From the NCBI RefSeq assembly GCF_036321535.1, contig NC_087437.1, positions 111,602,001 to 111,666,000 on the forward strand: a stretch of 64,000 nt of DNA, given 5' to 3'. The stretch comes from Camelus dromedarius (taxonomy: Eukaryota). The notes under the pieces are model-generated. The model made no database searches and was not told the origin of the DNA. It worked only from the letters and a program-made list of their open reading frames with translations. The position numbers and the translations under genes are program-made. Each line of letters opens with the position of its first letter. Position 1 is the first letter of the stretch. Below are positions 13,560 through 22,980 of the stretch, piece by piece.

Positions 13560-13790
13560 ATTAAAAGCATTCATTGAGCACTTACCACGTGCCAGACACT
13601 GTCAAATGCTGCACATTTGTTATCTCGGCTACTCCTTACAGCAACCTGAGGTACAGATGCCCACCATACCCATTTTACAGATGAGGAAACCGAGGTTTAG
13701 AAAACTCTAGGCTTAAGGTTACACAACTACTAAGTGAGTAAGCACTGGGATTGGGACGTAAGAAGTCACTGTACAAACACACTGCTTCAC
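13560..13790 (-). mobile_element. MIR SINE (further MIR remnants near 6890-7030, 7910-8060, 38730-38830, 39650-39730, 45540-45660, 46730-46860)
   Basis: MIR core CCCATTTTACAGATGAGGAAACCGAGG. Confidence 0.75.
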
Positions 13791-16207
13791 TCTGGACCAC
13801 ATGTCTGCCTAGAGAGTAGCTCCTTCCTCTCAGGGCTCCCACGGCATCTTCACTCCACCACTTCTCAGGGTGCAAGGACCACACTTGGCACCATTTAGGC
13901 ATCTACATGAGTCTTTAGTTCTGTCTTGTTTTGAGTATGTTTCTTCTGGAGAAGAGAACGAACACCTGACCCATGCTCTGTAACACCTGGTGGGGCCTTG
14001 CACATTCATTGTACTTTCTGAGTCTCCTTCCAGCCAAACCACGGGCCCTTCAGCAAGACCTTGTGAGACTGACGCTGCTTTACTCCAGATACGCTAAGAG
14101 CTGCACACTATCCTCTTGTCTGGGGACCAGCCTGTGGTCCTCTTCACACTATGGAGTTTAGGGACAACGATCGCTCAAGTCTTGAAAATGAGCTGCACTT
14201 TCAGCAGTGCTCTGGTGCCGTCATGCACCAACTTAATGTTAATAAAACAGCAATTACACTCAAGACGCCATAACCCCAGATAGAGAGGATGCAAAAGATG
14301 ACTACTACATTGTCCCTGTCCTCAGGAAGCTTCGAGTAACCACTGCTCCCAGACTATCCAGACACCTCATCTTTCAGATAAATGTGCCACCTAATTCAAG
14401 CACAGTTAGCTTGTTACCTTGGTCTCTGTACTGCAAAAGAATTCTGGCAAAATGCTAAAACTTGCCTAGTAAAATTAAATTACGTTTTATCCTTTCCCAG
14501 TGAGTTGGAAAGGCTCCACAGTTTTGGTTTTTTTTTGGTTTCATTGAAGTACTGGGGGTCAGGCCCCTGGGATGCTGGTCCCGACCTGCCATTCCGGGTC
14601 TTTCTATCCTGTGTGCACACAGCAGGGTTGGATCAGATCCTCTTAAAACTGCCTCTAGCAACAAATTTTGAATTGAAGTGGAATTTAGTTCTCCCCTCCT
14701 AGCATCCATCTTGTATCCCAGAGAAGCCCGAATTTCTGGCTCCTGACATTGTAGAGAACAAAACCCCCAAGACACAGCCTTTGCTCCTCCTTCACGCAGC
14801 CACCGCCAGGCCTCAGCCACCTGACCACAGTCCCTCACTACCCTCGACCCTCCGCCCCCGGCTGCAGCAACTCCATCAAAGGCAAGAAGGCTGCACGCCT
14901 ACTCCTCATTCCTACCCTGTTACGACACAGGGTTATTATCCCAGGAAGAAAGTGTCCTGATCTCTATGGCTTGTTCTGCAAAACACTGTCTAAAATAGAC
15001 CAAAACATATTTGGTAAAACTGCTCTTGGACACAAGACTTTTAACAATGCTTTCTTTGGATGAAAAAATATCCATAATCCTCTTTCTTCATGAGGCTTTA
15101 ATAACTCCTTTCAAAATGTGAAAAACACACTCATAAAAAAAAAAAAACCATATCTCCCAGCTTCTTGGATAACTAAATGGCATTAATAAAAAAAAAAAGG
15201 TGAGGGAGCGGCAGAAGACTCAAAGATAAGAAGAGATTTAAGAAGGGTATCAATCAAAGGCAATGTGGGGCCCATATTTGGATCTTGATGTGAACCAGGA
15301 GGTATAAAGACATTTTTGAGACAGTCGGGGAAAAGCAGAGCCTGAGCTGGGCACTAGGTGGTACTGAGAAACTATTCAAGGTGTTAGGTACAATGATGGC
15401 ACTATCAGAGATGCACATGGAAACATTCACAGTGAAATACGATACACATGTGGGATATGCTGTGCTAGGCTGGCTGCCCCACAACAAACCAAAATGTGGG
15501 AGAGCTGACAGCCTGTGAAGCTGGATGTCAGGTACGTGGGGATTCATTGTGCTGCTATTTCTCAAGGTCCCTCACATTTCCTATATGCAAAAAAAATTGT
15601 TTTATAACATCTAGAAACCATTTCCTACAGTCTACAGAGTATTTAAGATACTTGATACAAACGATGAATGAAAGAAAATAAAAGCGCTTTCATTTTGACC
15701 ATGACCCCTGTTTGACAGATCAAGAAAGATGTAAAATAATGAGAGGAAGCGGCAGCCGGGGCCGGGCCGGGGTCCAGGCCGGGCTTTCCCACGCTGTGCC
15801 TTGGCTGTGCCCTGGCGGGTGGCCTATCTACTGCCGGATGTTTTACTTACTGGCTGGGGGCCGGTTGGGGGTGAGACAGGGGGAAGGAGAAGGGATTCTG
15901 ATAGGTCATTACTGCTAGGCTGACAGCCAGGTGAGACCAAAGAGCCAAGATACTGGCCCTAGTGTGCAAACAGCACGCACATTCTTTTCGTTAGATAACG
16001 CATTTAAATGCCAGGAGCCGTTACTCATTGAACGGAACCTTTGACACATTAATAAAGAACGGTATCCATGAAACACTAGGACCTGGAAATGTCCTCCTCA
16101 GAGAAAACCTTATTCGTAATTCCAGGAAAACTCTCAACACTGGGCTGTAAGATTACCTGCTGTTACCTGGATGATTAACTTAGTCTACAACCCGGCAACA
16201 TAGAAAC

Positions 16208-16343
16208 TTTTTTTTTAATTAATTAATTTTTTCGGGGGAGGATGTAATTAGGTTTACTTGTTTATTTATTTTTAGAGGCAGGACCAGGGATTGAATCCAG
16301 GACTTTGTGTATGCTAAGCTCTACCACTGAGCTATACCCTCCC
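16208..16343 (-). mobile_element. tRNA-derived SINE (camelid Vic-1-like)
   Basis: Minus strand reads GGGAGGGTATAGCTCAGTGGTAGAGC...CCTGGATTCAATCCC (pol III A/B boxes), then CCTAATTAC and an A-rich tail. Confidence 0.85.
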
Positions 16344-17220
16344 TGCCACGCAGAAGCTCTCAACTCCCAGGAAGAGTCAGAGAGCAAGGTCACGTGGCTG
16401 CAGAAGTCCACCACTCCAACATGGCTCTCTGCCTGGGCGGACAGGCGGCCATCGGGCGGCCTGGTCCTTCTGCTCAGGAGGAGGGTGTGGAGGATGAGGC
16501 CAGGGCTGCCATAGCACCGGGGCGACGGCAGGGAGGGCCGGCCCGGCCCGGCCCGTGGAAAGAGGCCTGGACAGCCTGCAGCCAGCACGCGGGCGGGAGG
16601 CCACCCCTCCACCAGCTCAGGAGTCCTGAAGCTTGTGCTTCTTCCTCAAGAACCAAACCCAAGTGAAACTTCTGGAGCCACCAGGAAACTTTTCTTTTTC
16701 CGACAGTTCTTCTGAAAACCAGCCATTCACACTTCCATTCTCTTTGGCACAAAGCAGCCCCTACTCATTAGAAGACTTATAATTGGAAGGCGCAAGAAAT
16801 ATATTAAAAAGCCAGTAAGTGTCCTCTTTGGTGATGTCACTGGCTGAGCCTTGCAGCAGATTTCTGCAGAGTGGATGGAACCCGCGCAGGCGGCCAGGAC
16901 ACTACGAGGTTCACACCACGAGGCACCTGGAGGCCATCTCACAAGCTCAGCCGTCCTCACGGGCCAGGAAGGCCCGGCGATGCTGAGCCCCGAGAGAGCC
17001 GTCCTCGGGTGACCCTGTCACTCAGGCTCTGTAGGCAGCCGGGCCCCACCACCGGCCACGAGAGAGGCCTCCCTTCCTCATGGACCCCAGAGGCTGCCAA
17101 GGCCCCGGACTCTCCACGGGGAAGCCTCCCTTCCATCCACATGAGGACCGAGGCCAGAGGGAAGAGGACACACAAAGGCAACGGAAACACTCAAGGGGTA
17201 CAAGACACTTGGCCTCTCAC

Positions 17221-17353
17221 CTTTGAATCCCTCTTGGTCACCAGGGTGTACAAGGTCTTTTTATTCAAATCAAAATGGCTGCAGACGTCTCTGGCAGCCT
17301 CCGGACCCTGGGTCACCATGGCGGCCATCAGGTTCAGGCAGGCTCGGGCCATC
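17221..17353 (-). CDS. URB1: URB1 exon 4 (133 nt; MARACLNLMAAMVTQGPEAARDVCSHFDLNKKTLYTLVTKRDSK)
   Basis: AACAG acceptor and GTGAGA donor; cumulative 567 nt. Confidence 0.96.
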
Positions 17354-17739
17354 CTGTTCAGGGACAACAGGGAAATCAGGCACGTCAGGACAGCAGGAGC
17401 ACACAGCCACCTCACCACGAGCCAACTGCACACCTGGCTGTGTGCTCTGCTATCCCCAAAGCAGAAAACAGAATGGAGGAGACATGAAGACACGCTTTCT
17501 TTAAAATATCCTAACAAGATCTTCAACGAAAGCTAAAAAACTGAGTCTGAGGAGGATCCAAGAACACAAGACACAAGACACAAAGAAGATGGCAATTTCC
17601 GTCTCCAGGAAGTCCTCACATAGCTGGGAGACCCCCATCACCCCTGCCTTTATACGGCACAGAAGAAGACTTCCGCGTGGTGGGCATCTCCAAAAGCAAG
17701 CTCTGGGCTGCCTTTCCATCCTGCAAGTACTCAGAATCT

Positions 17740-18130
17740 GTGGTTGCTGAGCACCTACTACGTACTAGACACTATTTAGAAGCTGGGAAGACAGCATTTT
17801 ATAAGATGGTCAAGGCCCCCACCCACATGCACCTTGCACTCAAGAGGAGGGAGACAGAGTCAACAGACTGACATGGACTGTCACATCACACATAAAACTG
17901 TAGATGGATGGGGTGGTCAGAGGAGGCCTCCTTGAGATGACACCTCTGCAAAGCCCTGAAGGAGAAGAGCCCTTGGGGCAAAAGGACAGGCGGCATAAAG
18001 GAAGTCTGGAGTGTTCCCAAGACAGTGAGGAGAGCAGCAGATGGGAGCAGAGGGACACGTGGGAGGAGAGGAGTCAGTGACAGTGACGGGCCGGTCAACA
18101 GAGGAAGGGGGGGTTAGAGCCACAGTCAAG
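17740..18130 (-). mobile_element. L2 remnant (others near 5820-6060, 23930-24240, 32440-32700, 60100-60450)
   Basis: TGAGCACCTACTA...GGTGGTCAGAGGAGGCCTC motifs characteristic of the L2 3' region. Confidence 0.6.
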
Positions 18131-18247
18131 GCCTTGGAACTGGCTCCGCTCTATCTGCAGGTGGAGGAAAGGGCAAGTGCGCTCGTGGGGAGCTGAGCGC
18201 AGACCAAGCCCAAGGCCAGTCCTGCCACGTAAAGGCAGGCAACTTAC

Positions 18248-18399
18248 TTGTAACCCGAGGCATACAGGGACTCACAGATGAGCTTCATGTGATTGTTCAT
18301 TAGCTTTTTCACAATGTTGGTTCCCACAACGTGAAAATGGGAAAGATCACCGGCTGTCCGCAACAATATGGCCTCGAAAACTTGAAATATTGAAAGCAT
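18248..18399 (-). CDS. URB1: URB1 exon 3 (152 nt; MLSIFQVFEAILLRTAGDLSHFHVVGTNIVKKLMNNHMKLICESLYASGY)
   Basis: TCTCTTTACAG acceptor and GTAAGT donor; translated by hand (not in the ORF track); cumulative 434 nt. Confidence 0.95.
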
Positions 18400-19127
18400 C
18401 TGTAAAGAGAATGGAAAGGCTGACGAGTCATCTCATTTCTTTCCCTCCTCTACATACGTCATCCTCTTGTCTTAGCCGCAGTCACTCGCAGGTGTCAAAC
18501 CTTCCACTGGCAGGCCTGGGCCTACCCACATTCTGAGCCAAACGCAGGAAGCTGACAGCTTAGTCCTGTGCCCACAGTTTAGCTAAACAGAGAACAGCTT
18601 GCTTGACAATTAAACAAAGTGAAATGAAAAGAGAAATTTATATGAATGCTTGGGCCTCACTACTTTGGGGCATGCGCAGGTCTACAGCCTTACAGCAATA
18701 ATCCTGAGACTTCAACAGGTTCATAAATGTCCCAAATTCTGAACCTCTTTGGAACCAGAAAACAGTAATATATATGTCAACTCAATATAAGTCTGCATTG
18801 GTTGACATAAAAACTGTGTGACAGTTTTTACCTTTTTCCCTTTTGTCAGAGCAAACCGCAGTGAAACAAGTGCGTTTAGATTAAGAATCTATAATCATTC
18901 CATCCAGTATTATTCACCAATAAGAAGTTAGGACTTCTCACTAAAATGCTTTCAAAGGTCATGATGTCAAAATGAATGTATTCCTACAGCACAGGGACAA
19001 GGCATCACTTTCTGTAGGAAGGGGGTAACGTCTTAGAAATGTGTATCACATTTCTCTTCATCAACCTAACACAACAGTGGCATTGGCATGTTCTTCTCTC
19101 TGTCAGGCCAGGTAAGGAGTAACATAC

Positions 19128-19267
19128 TTCACTTTCAGGGCGCTTGTCCCCACTCAGGAGCTGGAAGATCTCCGCACACTCAACAGAAATCTTTATGTAC
19201 CCCTCCACGACGTCGTACACGTCTTCTCGTGGTAGCTTCTTGGCAGCAGAAACAAATGCTTCCAAGG
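19128..19267 (-). CDS. URB1: URB1 exon 2 (140 nt; ALEAFVSAAKKLPREDVYDVVEGYIKISVECAEIFQLLSGDKRPESE)
   Basis: CTTCTTTCAG acceptor and GTATGT donor; frame continuous (cumulative 282 nt). Confidence 0.96.
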
Positions 19268-19644
19268 CTGAAAGAAGAGTTATGATCACATGTTAACAAA
19301 GACAGTCTCTTTAAAAAAAAAAAAAAAAAACCCAGCTGCTACTGTCACAGAGTGACAGTCCTGGCAGGAACGTCCAGGTGATGGGACTTGCCACTTTCTG
19401 AGCTGGAGAAAAGAGCAGCAGTGTGAAGACGGGGAGACCGAGGGTTAGGACACGGCTTCTTCTCTGTCACCAGTTAAGTCATGGGCAACAATTTTAAAAG
19501 GAACTGGCCCAGAGCAGAACCGTTCTTGATACAGGGGTCCTCCCCGGTGCTGACGCTGATCCACCCCCGAGCACCCTCTGGGTCTTTATCAATCTAACCC
19601 TGCTTACCTGCCCCCCACCCCTACCACAAAGGGGGTATAATCAG

Positions 19645-20200
19645 AGAACTGATAAAGAAAATGTGGTATATCTATATCTATATTCAGAAATCTACACAAT
19701 AAAATATTCAGCCTTAAAAAAGAAGGAAACCTTGCTTCTTGCGACAACATATGTGGATCTTGAGGGCATTAAGTGAAAAAAGTGCGACAGGGAAAGACAA
19801 ATACTGCACGTTCTCACTCACATGTAGAATCTAAAAACTCCGAACTCATTGAAACAGAGAGTGGAGTGGAGGTTGCCTGGGGCTGGGGGGGGGGGGGGCG
19901 GTGATATAGGGAGATGTTGGTCAAAGGGTGTAAACATACAGCTCTAAGATGTGTAAGTTCTGAGGATCTAATGTACAGCATGGTGACTACAGTTACAATA
20001 CTGTATCATATACTTGAAAGTTATTAAGAGAGTAGATCTTAAACATTATCACCACAAAAAAAAGTGGTAGTTATATAAGGGGATGGCAGCGTTAACTAAC
20101 CTTATTGTAATTGTTTCATACTATCTATATGTATCACGTCATCACACTGTACATCTTAAACTTACATATATTATATGTCAATAATATCTCAATAAAGCTG
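19645..20200 (+). mobile_element. L1 3' end (L1MA/MB-like)
   Basis: GATAAAGAAAATGTGGTAT...TATTCAGCCTTAAAAAAGAAGGAAA...ATCTCAATAAAGCTG. Confidence 0.85.
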
Positions 20201-21333
20201 GACAAACAAAACACAACAGAAAAAAAACCTTCCCAAATATCTAGATGAAAACGAAACCCCCTAACACTTACCAATTCCACTTCCCCGATCTTCAGTCAGG
20301 TGAGTCTACCACACAGAGTTATGAGAACGAAACAAAATGGAGAGAGAATCCAAGATAGAGACCAGATTCAAACACAAATCCAACAGAGCCTCCTAAAGGG
20401 ATTCCCACTTTGACCCACTAACTTCAGCTCCACCTCATCTCCCAGCTCCTTCACCTGCGCCCACTACCCATCAGCCCTGGTTTTCTTCTGAAACCTGTTC
20501 AAATGCAGGGCCCAAAAGAAATGGAACTCTCTGGGCAAAACCATGAATATGCCTATGGATACAACCTTTCAAATAATTAAATATACTCTTTCTTCTACCA
20601 GAAAGATTCCTATTCCTATCTTTCAGAGGATTTGTGCTGAAAACAGTTTGTGTGCAACTTTACTGATTTACATCTGCCTTCTCAACTGACTATTCATAAG
20701 CTCACAATGGCAGGCCTGTATCTGATTCTTACCATTTTATCCCTACTCTAGCAAATAACAGCCCCTTGTAAATAATAAACGAATGAATGAATGAATGAAT
20801 GAAATGTATAGTTCTGTGCTAATGCAGATACTATCTTCCCAGCACTAGCTGGCAGTTGCAGACAGTTGCAGGTATCAAATGTTTAAAAACAAAATCTGTT
20901 GTACACCAAAAATTGACACATTGTGGCTGTGCTTCCATTTAATATTAATTAATTAATTAAAAATTTAAGAATTAACAGAAATAAAAACAAAATCTGTGGA
21001 AGACAACCTAGAAATTGAGGATATTCTGACCATTAACTTAACTTTTCACTTGAGAGTAAACATTCATTGTTTTTTTTTTAACTTTGACACAGTGCTAGTG
21101 TTTCCACATACTGGTATATTCAATTGTGTTTTGTCTTCATAACCTTTATACTTTTTAATGGGTTACAAGGAGTTGTGAAGGATGGTCACACTTTTCAAAA
21201 AGTGAAATTATAAAATCTTCTCCGTATCAGTCAACTAATCTTGGTCAACTGACAAGTCCCGTGGTGGCTTCGTGTGGTAGCTTATTACATGTTACCAGGT
21301 CAGGGTGACTACTGGAAGGAGGATTAAAGCTAG

Positions 21334-21476
21334 TGAAAACAGAGCTGACAGCCTCGGTAGCAGCAAACCGGCTCACTCAGCAGCCCCGAGCTGACTCACA
21401 GTTGGGACTCGATAAATATTTGTTGTGTGCATGTGTAGTACCCTTATTTATTCTCTTGAAATTGCAATAAAGAGGT
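21334..21476 (+). repeat. Left arm of a 143-bp inverted repeat (URB1 intron 1)
   Basis: Reverse complement of 22165-22307 with 12 mismatches and no gaps (aligned by hand). Confidence 0.95.
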
Positions 21477-21479
21477 TTT

Positions 21480-22160
21480 AGAGCTTGCTGAGGGTTGCTG
21501 CGCGGGCAAAGGAGGTGTGTGTTCGCATAGAGCTGTCACAATCCAGCAAGTCGGGGCCCTGGACTCCCAAGCACCCGGGCCTCGGTTTCCCGACAGCAAA
21601 TCGGGAGGCTAGGCTCTGACGCTCAGTAAGAAAAGCTGCAGAAAGAAGCGGCTGTGTCTGCACACGGAAGCCATTCAGATAGAGGCCGAGAGGCCGCCTC
21701 GCCCGCAAGCGTTCGCTGCCCCGGGCCCCCGCACTCACCTGGCCCCGCGCCCTGCGGGTCCCTCAGCTGAGCCTTGAAGCGGACGCCAGTAAGCTCTTCG
21801 GTGCGGGCCCGTTTGGCTGCGCCCGCGCGGGGAGTCGCGCCGTCCTGGCCGCCTGGGGCCTTCCTCTTGGGGACCCCCATGGCCGAGAGGGAGGGGGCGC
21901 GCCGAGATCCACTCACTGGAGACTTGGCTGGAGGACACGCAGAGACAGCGTACGCACGTCTCGGACCCACACGTGGGCTGAAAGGGGCGGGGCTGGCGGA
22001 AGAGGCGGGGACTCGTGAGGGAGGTCGGCGGAAGGGGCGGGGCCTGTGGGAAGGGCGGTCCGTCGCGAAGCAGGTAGTGAAGATGCGGGAACTCGGAGTC
22101 CCCGGTTCCGCCTTGATGCTGCGGTCGCAGCTGGCTCGCTCGCGGCCGGAGGCGACCGAC
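21480..22160. promoter_or_regulatory. CpG island / probable bidirectional promoter of URB1
   Basis: High GC and CpG density around exon 1. GC boxes (GGGGCGGGG) near 21984 and 22034, E-box CACGTG at 21970-21975, ETS-like CGGAAG near 22029. No TATA box seen. Confidence 0.85.
21739..21880 (-). CDS. URB1: URB1 coding exon 1 (142 nt; MGVPKRKAPGGQDGATPRAGAAKRARTEELTGVRFKAQLRDPQGAGP)
   Basis: ATG at 21880 in GGCCATGG Kozak context inside a CpG island. Translation matches the recalled N-terminus of mammalian URB1. GTGAGT donor follows 21739. Confidence 0.96.
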
Positions 22161-22980
22161 ACTTACCTCTTTATTGAAATTTCAAGAAAGTAAATAAGTG
22201 TACTGCTCATGCACACAACAAGTATTTATCGAGTCCCAAATGTGAGTCAGCTCGGGGCTGTTCAGTGAGCCGGTTTTCTGCTACCGTGGCTGTCAGCTCT
22301 GTTTTCAGCTGGGAGAGGCCCATCGGGCCTCGAGGGTTCTTGGCGAAGAACCCCCAGAACCGCCACTCCCGGAGGGCAGGAGCCCAGACGCTTGGTAGTT
22401 GCGCAGTCAGATCAGTTCTTGACCTGAGGGCGCCCTAATGGTGCCTCTTGAACTTGATTGACTTGCAGCGGGATTCGATGCTTTGCCTATTCGTGGTCCT
22501 GCGGATCTGCCGGGAGGGTGGATGCCCCTGGCTAGATGCCAGGGGGGCTTCTGTGGGGAGGTCCTTGCTCCAAAGGGTGCCCCTAACCCTGACCCCTAGC
22601 TTCTTTCATATCCTGAACCAGACTGGCTTGTCTGATGGGATGTGGCACCCGACTGACCTCCAGTTCCCCAGACTCAAGGGAGGACGCATGCCCTTTCGGC
22701 CGTGCAGGGCGGGAGGGGGTGATCGAGTGAAGTAACGTCTGTGAAAACTCCTCGTGGACAGCTCAGCGGCCTTCACATCTAAGTCCCCGTCATTAAAATT
22801 GAGACAGCAAAGCCAGCTGTTCTGAGCGGGTAAAATGATGCAATGTACGAAATACTGCTTTGAAAGGAAAAAAAAAATACTGTGTTTTTTTAAGTTGTTG
22901 AGAGCCGCATTAAGTGTTCTGAAATAAAATGGAGGTATAAATAAATAAGTGAAAATAGGCTGGTGCATTTTTAAATAAAA
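22080..22980 (+). ncRNA. Possible divergent lncRNA at the position of human URB1-AS1 (C21orf119)
   Basis: Position only: lies on the far side of the URB1 CpG promoter and ends in a cluster of AATAAA hexamers (first at 22923-22928). No sequence-level match verified; boundaries are approximate. Confidence 0.3.
22165..22307 (-). repeat. Right arm of a 143-bp inverted repeat (upstream of the URB1 promoter)
   Basis: Reverse complement of 21334-21476; 131/143 identical. Confidence 0.95.

Noticed and set aside
19341..19359. 8-bp hairpin ACTGTCAC-AGA-GTGACAGT near the URB1 exon 2 acceptor
   Set aside because: An isolated short stem of a size expected by chance in 64 kb.
21623..22162. 179-aa ORF suggesting an N-terminal extension of URB1
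   Set aside because: It starts at a non-ATG codon, there is no in-frame upstream ATG, and it runs through the splice donor. The real start is ATG 21880.
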